Source of the DNA: an uncultured Gammaproteobacteria bacterium | GTDB taxonomy: Bacteria; Pseudomonadota; Gammaproteobacteria; Pseudomonadales; JAHEGP01 | Assembly: GCA_963722805.1 (NCBI GenBank) | Contig: CAVROQ010000010.1 | Location: 38,915-102,914, forward strand | DNA: 64,000 nucleotides | Reading direction: 5' to 3' | Shown here: positions 9,089-19,353 of the stretch, piece after piece | How the letters are laid out: every line of letters begins with the position of its first letter | Numbering within the stretch: position 1 is the stretch's first letter | Notes under the pieces: model-generated | Database searches by the model: none | Seen by the model: only the letters and a program-made list of their open reading frames with translations | What the model was told of the DNA's origin: nothing | Made by a program: the position numbers and the translations under genes

Positions 9089-9820
9089 TCAAGACCCTTC
9101 CAGGAGACTGCGACTCCACACGCAATTGCCACCACTTTTGGCATCAATCAGGGCCAACATGGCTTCATGGGCCACTTCTTCGGCTGCGGTTGCCACGGGT
9201 ACTGGCAAGGTAGGCCGGTCCGCTGACAGCTGCAGGCGTTCTTCAGCTTCGGGACTCGACCTGTTGGTCATCTCTCCCTGTCCACCCAGCGCCAGATCGG
9301 TCTGGCCCGACGTCATCGCAACGTAGACATCCGCCAGGATCTCGGCATCAAGCAAGGCGCCGTGCAAATCGCGTTGAGTATTGTCGACAAAGTATCGGGC
9401 GCATAGTGCGTCGAGATTATTCCGCCGCCCCGGGTGTATCTGGCGAGCCATAACCAGGGTATCTATTACCCCACAATAACTCTCTACCCTATCGTAGTCG
9501 TTGGCAAACAGCGCCAGCTCGTTATTAATGAAACCAAGATCAAAGGGGGCGTTGTGTATGATCAGCTCAGCCCCTTGGATAAACGCCATAAATTCCGCAG
9601 CAATCACCTCAAATTCAGGCTTGTCTGCAAGAAACTCATTGGTGATGCCGTGGACTTCGATGGCACCGGCATCAATTTCGCGGCGGGGGTTGATATATTG
9701 ATGATAAGTTCGCCCGGTGAGCCGGCGATCGACCATCTCAACACAGCCGATTTCAATGATCCGGTGCCCCTGCTCTGGCTCTAACCCGGTAGTCTCCGTA
9801 TCGAGAATAATCTGCCTCAT
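9089..9820 (-). CDS. dnaQ: DNA polymerase III epsilon subunit (3'-5' proofreading exonuclease)
   Basis: 243 aa. ExoI motif [13 protein letters not shown], Exo[15 protein letters not shown] and Exo[17 protein letters not shown] are all present. The start overlaps the rnhA stop (ATGA). Confidence 0.96.
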   Translation of the reverse strand: MRQIILDTETTGLEPEQGHRIIEIGCVEMVDRRLTGRTYHQYINPRREIDAGAIEVHGITNEFLADKPEFEVIAAEFMAFIQGAELIIHNAPFDLGFINNELALFANDYDRVESYCGVIDTLVMARQIHPGRRNNLDALCARYFVDNTQRDLHGALLDAEILADVYVAMTSGQTDLALGGQGEMTNRSSPEAEERLQLSADRPTLPVPVATAAEEVAHEAMLALIDAKSGGNCVWSRSLLEGS

Positions 9821-10263
9821 GAAATGGTCTGCCCCAATTGTTTAATCCCCTGGTTCGCCAGCTGATCAGCGCGCTCGTTTCCAGGGTGGCCGCTATGGCC
9901 TTTTACCCAGTGCCAGTTGATGGTGTGTGATGCAACCACCTTGTCCAGCGCGCGCCACAGGTCTTCATTTTTCACGGGCTTTTTTGCCGCCGTGCGCCAG
10001 CCCCGCACTTTCCAGTTAGCCAGCCATTCGGTGATACCTTTACGAAGGTATTGGGAGTCCGTATACAGGTCGACCTGGCTCGGTCCCTTCAGTGCCTCGA
10101 GTGCCTTGATCGCCGCCAATAGCTCCATGCGGTTATTGGTTGTTACCGGCTCACCGCCAAATAGAACTTTCTCGTGGGTGCCGGATACCATCAAAGCGCC
10201 CCATCCCCCAGGGCCCGGATTGCCTTTGCAGGCACCATCTGTATAAATTTCAATAGACCGCAT
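9817..10263 (-). CDS. rnhA: Ribonuclease HI
   Basis: [25 protein letters not shown]...[18 protein letters not shown]...[37 protein letters not shown]...[18 protein letters not shown] is collinear with E. coli RnhA. The track ORF extends to 10317. The ATGs at 10269 and 10263 are the plausible starts, and 10263 has better AGG spacing. Confidence 0.93.
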   Translation of the reverse strand: MRSIEIYTDGACKGNPGPGGWGALMVSGTHEKVLFGGEPVTTNNRMELLAAIKALEALKGPSQVDLYTDSQYLRKGITEWLANWKVRGWRTAAKKPVKNEDLWRALDKVVASHTINWHWVKGHSGHPGNERADQLANQGIKQLGQTIS

Positions 10264-10270
10264 AGACATC

Positions 10271-11044
10271 CTAAGGTGTTTTTTTCGAGGGTGGCAAGCC
10301 ACTGCGAGCAGCGCCAAGGGGCACCAATTCTGGCCTCCAAACCCGCCAACGCGGTTTCAGCGGCGTGAGCCCCACTTTTTGTTTGCGGGCCTCTATGACG
10401 TAGACGCCACCAAAAGGCAAAGAATAGCGCTCGGCATAATCCCACAGCCTGGTCATTTTCCCCAACATCCCCGGTGCTTGCAATGGAAGATGGTGAAACG
10501 TGTGGTGAATGTCAGTAACCCGCATATCCAGCAGCGAGAGCCAATCCATCGCCCGCCGGGAACTGATCATGTGGCCTCGCCACGGACTGTCACGATAACC
10601 AGCTAACACTCGTGTTCGCAATCCAAAAAGGCTCCAGGGGTTGATACATACTAATAACAGAGAGCCACGGGGCATCAACACCCGGTGAGCTTCCCGCAGG
10701 ATACGGTGGGGATGGCGACTGAATTCGAGTACATGGTGCAGCACGACGACATCCATGCTGTCACTTTCCAGGGGTAGGGCCTCAAAATGCGCCACGGCGC
10801 CGCTGCGCCCTGGCTGGCCGGGAGATGCAGCAAGCTGGAAGCGATGGCGGATTTTGCTCCCGCCACTGAGATCCTGGTGCACCAGCGCGCTCATTTGCAG
10901 TAAGTAGTAGCCAAACAGACGGTCGAGCCGCTGGTCAAGCAGCGTCATTTCACGCTGCAGTAATATTCTACCCAACTCCGACTCAAACCACTCTTCAAGC
11001 GCCGGTCGATATGCGTAGACATCATCATGATCAGGGAATGACAT
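10271..11044 (-). CDS. Class I SAM-dependent methyltransferase (YafS-like)
   Basis: 257 aa, occupying the position that yafS holds in the conserved gloB / yafS-rnhA-dnaQ arrangement. A methyltransferase-11-type region is present ([42 protein letters not shown]). Confidence 0.75.
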   Translation of the reverse strand: MSFPDHDDVYAYRPALEEWFESELGRILLQREMTLLDQRLDRLFGYYLLQMSALVHQDLSGGSKIRHRFQLAASPGQPGRSGAVAHFEALPLESDSMDVVVLHHVLEFSRHPHRILREAHRVLMPRGSLLLVCINPWSLFGLRTRVLAGYRDSPWRGHMISSRRAMDWLSLLDMRVTDIHHTFHHLPLQAPGMLGKMTRLWDYAERYSLPFGGVYVIEARKQKVGLTPLKPRWRVWRPELVPLGAARSGLPPSKKTP

Positions 11045-11175
11045 GGGTAGGCTCCTGAGTGGCCATGGGAAGCTGCCCGGCTAGAGTTTGGTTCTCCGGG
11101 GGCTGCATTTTTAACCTTTAGCTTTTCATTTATGGTTACAATAGAGCCTTTGCGGCCCCATATTCAAGTGACAGT

Positions 11176-11949
11176 ATGATCAACATAGAACCGATATCAG
11201 CCTTCAGTGATAATTATATATGGTTACTCCACGATGCCAATACTGCCTGGGTAGTGGATCCCGGTGATGCTGCGGTTGTCGTCGATGCCATAGCGCGCAT
11301 CGGCAAGCCCCTTGGTGGAATTCTCTTGACCCATCATCATTTCGACCATACCGGCGGGGTTGAGGAGCTGGTGCAACGCTACCAGCCCAAAGTTTTTGGG
11401 CCCACCAACCCTGCCATAAAAGGCGTGAACACAAGCCTCAAACAGGGCGACAGCGTCGACGTGATGGGCGTCCAGTTCGACATACTGGAAGTACCAGGAC
11501 ATACCCTCGATCATATTGCATACTTCGCCCCTGACTATCAGCCGGGGCCCCTGCTGTTTTGCGGTGACACCTTGTTCGCAGGAGGATGTGGACGTATTTT
11601 CGAGGGAACTGCGCCGATGATGTATGCGTCGCTGCAACAATTGGCTTCACTTCCCACCCTCACCCAGGTGTTCTGCGCCCATGAATATACCCTGGCAAAT
11701 CTGGCTTTTGCAGCGGCGGTTGAGCCGGCGGCAGCGGCCATCCGGGATCGCATCAGCCGCGACCAGGGGCGGCGTAAACAAGGTTTGCCCACTGTGCCGT
11801 CGCAACTGGGCGAAGAGTTACAAACCAATCCTTTTCTGCGCTGCAGCCAGTCGAGTGTAACGGCAGCAGCGACACGCCGGGCTGGCAGGCCGCTACCGGA
11901 TGACGAGGCCGTGTTCGCAGAAATCAGAGCCTGGAAAAACGATTTCTGA
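11176..11949 (+). CDS. gloB: Hydroxyacylglutathione hydrolase (glyoxalase II)
   Basis: 257 aa with SDNYIWLL, the metallo-beta-lactamase motif THHHFDHTGG, PGHTLDHIAY and CAHEYTLANLAFA. It is divergent from the methyltransferase operon. Confidence 0.95.
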   Translation: MINIEPISAFSDNYIWLLHDANTAWVVDPGDAAVVVDAIARIGKPLGGILLTHHHFDHTGGVEELVQRYQPKVFGPTNPAIKGVNTSLKQGDSVDVMGVQFDILEVPGHTLDHIAYFAPDYQPGPLLFCGDTLFAGGCGRIFEGTAPMMYASLQQLASLPTLTQVFCAHEYTLANLAFAAAVEPAAAAIRDRISRDQGRRKQGLPTVPSQLGEELQTNPFLRCSQSSVTAAATRRAGRPLPDDEAVFAEIRAWKNDF

Positions 11950-11952
11950 CAC

Positions 11953-12116
11953 CAATGGCACTTACTTAACGCCACTACAGTGATTTGCGGAGCCCCGGTG
12001 TGTTCGATCCGCGGGCGTCTGCGGCAGGGATGCCGCAGTCGAGCCTCCAGGGAGGGATTCACGGCGTGCCGCGGATCGAACACACTGGGGTACATCCGCT
12101 TAAGTAAGTGCCATTC
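11953..12116. mobile_element. MITE-like nonautonomous element (164 bp) with 16-bp perfect terminal inverted repeats and an 11-bp flanking direct repeat
   Basis: The TIR AATGGCACTTACTTAA (11954-11969) is matched by its reverse complement at 12100-12115. It is flanked by the direct repeat ATTTCTGACAC at 11942-11952 and 12117-12127. Internally, 22-bp arms are nested (11993-12014 / 12069-12090, one G-U position). The central hairpin is CTGCGGCA-GGGA-TGCCGCAG (12019-12038). The element has no coding capacity. Confidence 0.7.
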
Positions 12117-12474
12117 ATTTCTGACACGAAAATTCTGTCATTAGCCGGCAATATTGGTCCACCGGGCAATGCTATTAAAATCGGGACCGTCGCTCTCCCT
12201 GGTCGAGACAAGCACTTACGCCAGCTGGCTCGCCCTAAGATAGCCGCACTATCTGGCAAATGCGCGGCGGGCAAAGCATAATGCGGGCTGTAATCATAAA
12301 CCCAAGGGTGAAACAGTAACCCAGTGCTCATCCTGAAGGCGCCGCCTTGACCGGCAACTTTGACATTTCTAGACTTTACGCTGCCATGCCAGGATAGATA
12401 TTGCGGGAGAAGGAACGTTGCAAGCAGGCAATAAAAGCAAGAAAAAAACATCTCAGATTATCTGTCAAAACGCT

Positions 12475-12687
12475 GTGAAGCCAACATTCCTGGCTGTTGT
12501 CGTTGCTATGGTAAGCGCCTGTGGCAGCAGTCCCATGCAGCCCGGGGCATCGCAAAGCCAGCTTCCCGGCGAGTCGATGAAAACGGCTTCTACGCTACCG
12601 CCAGAGCCCACCCCGCTTGCCCAGACACCAATTGACATCGCGGCGTTCCGGTCTATGACCAGCGGAGCCCCTGCAGTGCCAACCTGA
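12475..12687 (+). CDS. mltD: Lipoprotein signal peptide plus linker segment of MltD, out of frame with the catalytic ORF
   Basis: The GTG at 12475 gives MKPTFLAVVVAMVSAC-GSS, a classic lipobox, followed by a Pro/Ser/Thr-rich linker. The ORF stops at 12685-12687. The MltD body is open in the next frame from 12659. Confidence 0.55.
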   Translation: MKPTFLAVVVAMVSACGSSPMQPGASQSQLPGESMKTASTLPPEPTPLAQTPIDIAAFRSMTSGAPAVPT

Positions 12688-12694
12688 AGATTCG

Positions 12695-14146
12695 TTGGCA
12701 TTGAGCTGGAACCAAGCCCAGCACAATGATGTCTGGGCGCGGCTTAGAGCGGGATTCCAGTTGGATCACGACAGTAACCAACCCCGGGTCAAGGCAGAGC
12801 TGAAGTGGTTTGCCACTCATCAGTCCTATATCGACCGGGTTGTCGAACGCGCCAACCCCTACCTTTACTACGTTGTCGAGCAACTCGAAAGCAACAATAT
12901 ACCCACGGAATTGGCATTGCTGCCCATTGTAGAGAGTTCCTACAACCCGTTCGCCTATTCCCACGGTCAAGCGGCAGGGATTTGGCAGTTCATTCCTAAC
13001 ACCGGCAAGATGTACGGCCTGAAGCAAAATTGGTGGTATGACGGGCGTCGCGATATTCGCGCCTCAACCCGCGCCGCAATCCAGTATTTGAGCGAATTGA
13101 ACAAGCGCTATAAAGGTGACTGGGAACTTACCATGGCTGCCTATAATGCGGGCCTGGGGAATGTCGATCGCGCCATCCGACGCAATCGCAAACAGGGCAA
13201 GCCGACTGACTTCTGGTCGCTGCAGCTACCCAAGGAAACGCGCGCCTATGTGCCGCGCTTACTGGCGGTGGCCAAAATCGTCGCCAATCCTGCCGAATAC
13301 AATGTCCACTTAAACCCGGTACCCAACCAACCCTTTTTTCATCCCGTCGCTATCGGCGGCCAACTGGATCTTAGCGACGCCGCGCGCCTGGCCCAGGTTA
13401 GCCTGGAAGATATGTATCGGCTAAATCCCGGCTTTAATCGCTCGGCTACTGACCCGAAAGGTCCCTTCGAGCTACTGCTACCCGCTGAGCGGGCCGATGC
13501 CTTTTCACTCAAGTTAGAGCAGCTCGCAAAAACAGGCGGCACGGGCTGGGGGCAGTACAAGGTCAAATCAGGGGACAACCTCGGCGCGATAGCAATGCGT
13601 CACAGCACCACCGTCAACGCGATCAAACAGGCAAACCAGCTCAGCAGCAATACCATTCGCCCCGGCCAGCAGCTGATGATTCCAAAATCAAGCCATGCGG
13701 CAGGCTATTCGGCACCGGGCTCGGCTGCTGCGCGTGTCGCGGCCAACCAGGGCGGACCCGGCGGCAAGTCGGATCGCAAGCGCATTGAATACCGGGTACG
13801 CGCCGGGGACTCCATGTGGAAAATTGCGCAACAACACGGCGTGTCGATAACAGATCTGGCGCGCTGGAATAACCTCTCTGCCAAAGCTACGATTCATCCT
13901 GGCACGGAACTAGCCTTATGGGCCGACAACATCCCTGAGCCAGGTTCGCAGAGCAGTGCAAAGCTGCCGGAGCAAGTGCGCAAAGTGGGTTACACGGTTC
14001 GCAGCGGCGACTCATTGGCGCGCATCGCCTCAAGGTTTAATGTCAATCTCAACGATATTCTTAAATGGAACCCGCTAGACCGGCCAGAGTACCTTCGGCC
14101 CGGGCAAAGCCTGACGCTTTATATCGATGTAACCAAGGTAAACTGA
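12695..14146 (+). CDS. mltD: Membrane-bound lytic murein transglycosylase D (SLT domain plus three LysM repeats), body of the gene
   Basis: DVWARLRAGFQL...LLPIVESSYNPFAYSHGQAAGIWQFIPNTGKMYGL...AAYNAG form the GH23 catalytic Glu region. Three LysM repeats are present (YKVKSGDNLGAIA..., YRVRAGDSMWKIA..., YTVRSGDSLARIA...). This frame has no signal peptide. Confidence 0.92.
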   Translation: MALSWNQAQHNDVWARLRAGFQLDHDSNQPRVKAELKWFATHQSYIDRVVERANPYLYYVVEQLESNNIPTELALLPIVESSYNPFAYSHGQAAGIWQFIPNTGKMYGLKQNWWYDGRRDIRASTRAAIQYLSELNKRYKGDWELTMAAYNAGLGNVDRAIRRNRKQGKPTDFWSLQLPKETRAYVPRLLAVAKIVANPAEYNVHLNPVPNQPFFHPVAIGGQLDLSDAARLAQVSLEDMYRLNPGFNRSATDPKGPFELLLPAERADAFSLKLEQLAKTGGTGWGQYKVKSGDNLGAIAMRHSTTVNAIKQANQLSSNTIRPGQQLMIPKSSHAAGYSAPGSAAARVAANQGGPGGKSDRKRIEYRVRAGDSMWKIAQQHGVSITDLARWNNLSAKATIHPGTELALWADNIPEPGSQSSAKLPEQVRKVGYTVRSGDSLARIASRFNVNLNDILKWNPLDRPEYLRPGQSLTLYIDVTKVN

Positions 14147-14490
14147 GACCTTCTGTGGTAAAGTCTCCGCTTGGTCCCAGCAGGCCGATTGACCATCATT
14201 CGGGACCGATTGGGTTAGTGGCTGAATACGCAAACTGCGCGGGAGTAACACCAGCGATTGTGGGTGGCGATTTTCCTCCAGACACTGGCTAGAACAGCAA
14301 GATTGTTAATGTGATTGCAACCACGCTTCCAGCTTTTACTACCAAGGCAAGGGTTCTCTGCAATGCTGTAAACAACGCGGTGATTCTGCGGCCCACGCCC
14401 CTGCTTTTCCTCGAAGCCACGGGTCCCGCGCCCTGTCGTGGCTTGCCGCGGCATCCTGCGGCAGCTTCTTATACAACCAGCTAGGCCATC

Positions 14491-15516
14491 ATGACTGCTT
14501 ATTTTATTCGCCGACTGTTGTTGGTCATTCCTACTTTTATCGGCATTACCTTACTGGTTTTCGCGATTACCCGCGTCGTTCCCGGCGGCCCGATAGAAAG
14601 AATGATGACGGATGCGATGCTATCCAGCAGCGACGCGGCCAGCGCGCAAACCGACACCCGCAGCGGTAGCACCCTATCCGATGAGCAGCTCGCGGAATTA
14701 CAAGCCTACTACGGGTTCGACCAACCGACACTGCCTGCCTACTTTACCTGGCTGGGCAAGGTGCTTCGACTCGATCTGGGGACTTCCACCCGCTACCAGG
14801 ATCCCGTGTGGGACATCATTGCCGAACGTTTCCCGGTATCCAGCTTTTATGGCATTGCCACCCTCATCATCACCTATGCGGTCTGTATACCTCTCGGTAT
14901 AGCCAAGGCAATACGCCACGGCAGCCGCTTCGATCATATCAGCTCCGGCGTGGTGTTTTTTGGTTATGCGGTACCCAGCTACGTTATCGGCATTGCTCTT
15001 ATCGTGGTATTTGCCTCATGGCTCGACTGGTTTCCCCTCGGTGGCTTCGTCTCTGATGACTTCGAGGATTACTCATGGTGGGGAAAGGTCCGCGATCTGC
15101 TATGGCATGCCGTGCTGCCTCTCGCTGCCTATACGGCAGGTAGTTTTGCGGTAACAACTTTCATGATGAAAAACACATTGATGGATAATCTGTCGGCAGA
15201 TTATGTGCGCACCGCCATTGCCAAAGGTGAGAGCTTTGACGGGGCTGTTCGCAATCATGCGCTGCGCAACAGCCTGATCCCTATCGCCACTTCTTTCGGT
15301 AACAATATCTCACTGCTATTGGGAGGTTCATTCCTGATAGAAACCATTTTTAATATCGACGGTATCGGCCTGCTGGGTTTTGAATCCATCGTAGAGCGAG
15401 ACTACCCGATCGTTATGGGCATACTTGTTATATCTTCGCTGCTTTTCCTTATCGGTAATATTCTATCTGACATCTGCGTTGCACTTGTTGACCCTCGCAT
15501 CAGGTTTGGGGAATAG
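14491..15516 (+). CDS. yejB: Peptide/microcin-C-type ABC importer permease (YejB-like)
   Basis: 341 aa. The N-terminus MTAYFIRRLLLVIPTFIGITLLVFAITRVVPGGP resembles YejB/DppB, and the protein is multi-TM. Confidence 0.85.
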   Translation: MTAYFIRRLLLVIPTFIGITLLVFAITRVVPGGPIERMMTDAMLSSSDAASAQTDTRSGSTLSDEQLAELQAYYGFDQPTLPAYFTWLGKVLRLDLGTSTRYQDPVWDIIAERFPVSSFYGIATLIITYAVCIPLGIAKAIRHGSRFDHISSGVVFFGYAVPSYVIGIALIVVFASWLDWFPLGGFVSDDFEDYSWWGKVRDLLWHAVLPLAAYTAGSFAVTTFMMKNTLMDNLSADYVRTAIAKGESFDGAVRNHALRNSLIPIATSFGNNISLLLGGSFLIETIFNIDGIGLLGFESIVERDYPIVMGILVISSLLFLIGNILSDICVALVDPRIRFGE

Positions 15517-15519
15517 GCT

Positions 15520-16575
15520 GTGAAGTGGTTACGCCTGAATCCGATTACCGTCAAACGCTGGCAACGCTTTCGCGCGATTCGACGCGGCTACTGGTCGGCT
15601 GTAATCCTCGGCGCGCTGATTTTATTCAGCTGCTTCGCCGAACTGTTTATTAATAACCGGGCGCTGTTGGTGATATATGAGGGAGAGTGGTTTTTCCCTA
15701 CCTATGGTGCGATTATGCCTGGCCGGGAGTTTGGTCTGGATTACGACTACGAAACCGACTACAGGGAACTGCAGCAAAGCTTTGCTGAAAAGCCGGACAG
15801 CCGCAACCGGGTGATTATGCCCCTTGTCCCCTACAGTCCGCTGGAAACTGACCTGCGTTACGACGACTTTCCGCCCTATGCTCCCTCAATATCACAACGG
15901 CATTATCTGGGGACCGATACCACCGGCAGGGATATCGTTGCTCGACTGGTTTACGGCTTTCGCATCGCCATCTGGTTTTCTCTCATACTTCTGGCCTGCA
16001 ACTACCTGATCGGCGTTACCCTGGGATGCATGATGGGATTCTGGGGTGGAGCGTTCGACCTGGTTTTTCAGCGACTGATAGAAATCTGGTCGAATATTCC
16101 ATTTCTCTACGTCATTATGATTGTCGCCTCGATTGTACCGCCAGGCTTTTGGACCCTGCTCGGCATCATGATCATCTTCGGATGGACCAGTATGACGTGG
16201 TACATGCGAACGGCCACTTATAAAGAAGGAGCGCGTGATTATGTGATGGCTGCGCGTGCACTGGGAGCGTCCAATTCAAGAATTATCTTTCGCCATATAC
16301 TGCCCAATACCGTTTCAACAATTGTCACATTCGTGCCCTTTTCGGTGGCATCAGGCATCACCGCACTAACTGCACTCGACTACCTGGGATTTGGCCTGCC
16401 GCCCCCGACTCCGAGCTGGGGCGAACTGCTCAAGCAAGGAACCGATAACCTTGAATCGGTGTGGATTGCAGGCGCTGTGGTGCTGGCGATGACCGTGGTA
16501 CTGATGCTGGTAACCTACATTGGCGAAGCCATCCGCGAAGCCTTTGATCCGAGAAAATTCAGCTACTATGAATAA
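15520..16575 (+). CDS. yejE: Peptide ABC importer permease (YejE-like)
   Basis: 351 aa. LNPITVKRWQRFRAIRRGYWSAVILGALILFSCFAELFINNRALLVIYEGEWFFP parallels the E. coli YejE N-terminus. A DppC-type EAA region is present. Confidence 0.85.
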   Translation: MKWLRLNPITVKRWQRFRAIRRGYWSAVILGALILFSCFAELFINNRALLVIYEGEWFFPTYGAIMPGREFGLDYDYETDYRELQQSFAEKPDSRNRVIMPLVPYSPLETDLRYDDFPPYAPSISQRHYLGTDTTGRDIVARLVYGFRIAIWFSLILLACNYLIGVTLGCMMGFWGGAFDLVFQRLIEIWSNIPFLYVIMIVASIVPPGFWTLLGIMIIFGWTSMTWYMRTATYKEGARDYVMAARALGASNSRIIFRHILPNTVSTIVTFVPFSVASGITALTALDYLGFGLPPPTPSWGELLKQGTDNLESVWIAGAVVLAMTVVLMLVTYIGEAIREAFDPRKFSYYE

Positions 16576-18379
16576 TATTCGCCGCTTGCAAAGCCTTATC
16601 GTCGCCCTACTGCTTTCCGTTTGTCTCAACACCCGGGCAGAGCCACACAGTTTGCCCGACAATTTGCAATGGCAAACCAATTCTGAGGACCCCATCTTTG
16701 CATCCCCCGAAGCTATTCGCGGCGGGCGTTTTCGTACCTTTATGCTGAGTTTTCCCCTGACTCTGCGCTTGGTCGGCCCTGATTCCAACGGTGGTTTTGC
16801 GGGCTACATGCGGGCAAACAATTTGTCACTGGTTAGCATTCACCCGGACACCCTGAATCCAATCCCCGAGCTGGCCACCCATTGGGCCTTCGATCCCGAC
16901 GGTAAAACCGTATATTACCGACTTGATCCCGATGCCCGCTGGTCCGATGGAAAACCGGTCACCGCCGATGACTATATCTACACCCTTGTCTTTATGCGCT
17001 CCAAATATATCGTCGCTCCCTGGTACACCAACCACTTCACTAACGTTATTCAAGAGGTGCGGAAATACGACGACCACACCATTGCCATCAAAGGGGCGAC
17101 GGTAAAGCCGAGGGAGGAATTACTTTTCGAGTACGGGATAAGCCCCACACCCGCCCACTTCCATAAGCTCGACGAGAACTGGGTGAAAGACTACAACTGG
17201 AAGATTGAGCCCAATACCGGGCCCTACCAGATATGCCAGATCCGCAAAGGCAAATACATTGAATTCTGTCGCAAGCAAAACTGGTGGGGTAACGAAAGAC
17301 GTTACAACCGCCACCGTTTCAATCCGGACGAGGTAAGAGTAAAGGTCATACGCGATATCAATATCGCTTACCAGCATTTCGTCAAAGGTGAATTGGATAC
17401 CTTCGGCCTGGTAATGCCATCTTTCTGGCATAAAAAGGCCAGGGGCAAAATGTACGACAATGGCTATATTGGCAAGATCGTTTTTTACAACGAAGTGCCA
17501 CAACCCGCCAACGGCATTTATCTGAATGAAGATGACCCGCTCTTCGCTGACCGGGATGTGCGTTACGGATTTGCCCATGCGATGAATATCGACAAGATAT
17601 TGCGCACTGTTTTGCGCGGCGACTATGCCCGCCTGCAAACCATGAATGAGGGCTATGGCGACTACTCCAATCGGACCATTCGCGCCCGCGAGTTCGATCT
17701 CGACAAAGCTGAGCAATACTTCAGCAAAGCTGGCTGGCAGCAACGCGGCCCGGATGGTATACGCCTTAAGCAAGGGGAGCGTTTCTCGGTCCGCGTCACC
17801 TATGTCAACCCTTCGCATACTCCACGATTGGTGGTGCTTAAAGAAGAAGCTCGCAAAGCCGGGATCGAATTGAACCTGCAACTATTGGATGCCTCAGCGG
17901 GCTTTAAGCAGATACTCGAGAAAAAGCATCAGGTCGCATGGATGGGCTGGTCCGGCGGCGGTTTAGCACCGCGCTACTGGCAGTTTTTTCATTCAGATAA
18001 TGCGCATGTGGCCCAAACCAATAACATTACCAACACCGACGACCCACAGATGGACGAGACCATTGCGGCTTATCGCTCAGCCAAAGATAAGCAGTCCAGA
18101 GTTGAGCTCGCGCAACAACTGGAACAACAAGTGTATGACATTGGCTCGGTAATCCCCACGTTTAAGGTGCCGTACACTCGGGAGGCATTCTGGCGCTGGA
18201 TCAAGCTGCCGGATTTTCACGGCACTCGCACGTCGAGTGTTTTATTTTCTCCATTTGGATCTTCCGATGGACTCTTCTGGATCGATCCGGAAGAGAAGCT
18301 GCGGATCCAGCAGGCCCGACGCAATGGCGAAAAGCTGGAACCGATTTTCGTTGAAGATACTCGCTGGCGTCTACCATGA
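16568..18379 (+). CDS. yejA: Family-5 extracellular solute-binding protein (YejA-like)
   Basis: The track ORF starts at 16520. The ATG at 16568 gives the signal peptide MNNIRRLQSLIVALLLSVCLNTRAEP and overlaps the yejE stop. At about 600 aa it has an SBP_bac_5-like length. Confidence 0.85.
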   Translation: MNNIRRLQSLIVALLLSVCLNTRAEPHSLPDNLQWQTNSEDPIFASPEAIRGGRFRTFMLSFPLTLRLVGPDSNGGFAGYMRANNLSLVSIHPDTLNPIPELATHWAFDPDGKTVYYRLDPDARWSDGKPVTADDYIYTLVFMRSKYIVAPWYTNHFTNVIQEVRKYDDHTIAIKGATVKPREELLFEYGISPTPAHFHKLDENWVKDYNWKIEPNTGPYQICQIRKGKYIEFCRKQNWWGNERRYNRHRFNPDEVRVKVIRDINIAYQHFVKGELDTFGLVMPSFWHKKARGKMYDNGYIGKIVFYNEVPQPANGIYLNEDDPLFADRDVRYGFAHAMNIDKILRTVLRGDYARLQTMNEGYGDYSNRTIRAREFDLDKAEQYFSKAGWQQRGPDGIRLKQGERFSVRVTYVNPSHTPRLVVLKEEARKAGIELNLQLLDASAGFKQILEKKHQVAWMGWSGGGLAPRYWQFFHSDNAHVAQTNNITNTDDPQMDETIAAYRSAKDKQSRVELAQQLEQQVYDIGSVIPTFKVPYTREAFWRWIKLPDFHGTRTSSVLFSPFGSSDGLFWIDPEEKLRIQQARRNGEKLEPIFVEDTRWRLP

Positions 18380-19353
18380 GCATTCTAGAGGTTAAGCAAC
18401 TGCAAACAAGTTTCGCCACCGAACAGGGCAGAGTCCAGGTGCTGGACCGCGTCAACTTGCAGGTCAATAGTGGTGAGACTCTGGGTATTGTGGGCGAATC
18501 CGGCTGTGGAAAAAGTATTACCGCATTGTCGATAATGCGTTTGCTGCCCCAACCTTCCGGGCGCATCGACGGCGGCCAGATTCTGTTTCAGGGGCAGGAT
18601 CTTGTGCGAGCGACACCGGAATCGATGCACTCGATTCGCGGTAGGCAAATAGCGATGATCTTCCAGGAGCCCATGACGGCGCTCAATCCAGTGCAAAAGA
18701 TTGGCAAACAGCTGCAGGAGCCCTTCTTGTTGCACTGTCCCGAGATGTCGAGCTATGACCGCATCAAACGAGCCACCGGGTTGCTCGCTGAAGTGGGAAT
18801 CCCCTCGCCGGAAAAACGTCTCAATGAATATCCCCACCAGATGTCTGGCGGCATGCGCCAGCGTGTGATGATAGCCATAGCACTGGCGTTAAAGCCGGCG
18901 TTACTGATTGCAGACGAACCAACCACTGCGCTTGACGTGACGATACAGGCTCAGATCCTGGCATTGATCAAGACACTGCGGGAGCGCCATGGTACTGCCG
19001 TTATGCTGATTACCCATGACCTCGGAGTCATCGCTGAAACCTGTGACCGTATCGTGGTCATGTATGCGGGACGAGTAGCTGAATCTGCTAGTGTGGTGCA
19101 GTTGTTTCGCCAGCCCTCCCACCCTTACAGTGTCGGTTTGCTGGGCTCAATTCCGCGCCTGGATAGCGAATCTCGCACAGTACTGAATACCATTCCCGGT
19201 GTCGTTCCATCTATTGATCAGTTGGGTCATGGTTGCCGCTTCGCTGGTCGCTGTAGTTATGCGCGGGAGCAGTGCCGCGCCGAGCAGCCAGCAATGCAGC
19301 CAGTTGGCGACGATCACCAGGCCGCCTGCTACTTCTGGCAGGAGGTGGTCTAG
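18376..19353 (+). CDS. ABC transporter ATP-binding protein (DppD/YejF N-half-like)
   Basis: 325 aa with Walker A GESGCGKS, signature MSGGMRQRV, Walker [13 protein letters not shown] and the oligopeptide C-terminal Cys cluster. Confidence 0.92.
   Translation: MSILEVKQLQTSFATEQGRVQVLDRVNLQVNSGETLGIVGESGCGKSITALSIMRLLPQPSGRIDGGQILFQGQDLVRATPESMHSIRGRQIAMIFQEPMTALNPVQKIGKQLQEPFLLHCPEMSSYDRIKRATGLLAEVGIPSPEKRLNEYPHQMSGGMRQRVMIAIALALKPALLIADEPTTALDVTIQAQILALIKTLRERHGTAVMLITHDLGVIAETCDRIVVMYAGRVAESASVVQLFRQPSHPYSVGLLGSIPRLDSESRTVLNTIPGVVPSIDQLGHGCRFAGRCSYAREQCRAEQPAMQPVGDDHQAACYFWQEVV

Noticed and set aside
11993-12014. The tRNA T-arm-like string GGTGTGTTCGATCCGCGG inside the MITE-like element, considered as a possible tRNA or tRNA-derived SINE.
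   Set aside because: No acceptor, D or anticodon arms can be folded around it. It pairs instead with its inverted partner at 12069-12090.
11538-12451. Two minus-strand ORFs (185 aa and 130 aa) covering the gloB 3' end, the MITE-like element and the mltD upstream region.
   Set aside because: The first is antisense to gloB and reads through the palindromic element. The second has no SD and no similarity, and has an odd composition. Both are better explained as chance ORFs in GC-rich non-coding DNA.
12659-12687. Programmed ribosomal frameshifting as the explanation for the mltD split, and likewise for rsuA at 34655-34671.
   Set aside because: I could see no slippery heptamer of the X XXY YYZ type and no downstream stimulatory structure. 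Neither gene family is known to use recoding. Mutation or sequencing error is more parsimonious.
17120-17881. 253-aa minus-strand ORF.
   Set aside because: It is antisense to the yejA-like binding protein gene and is a shadow frame.
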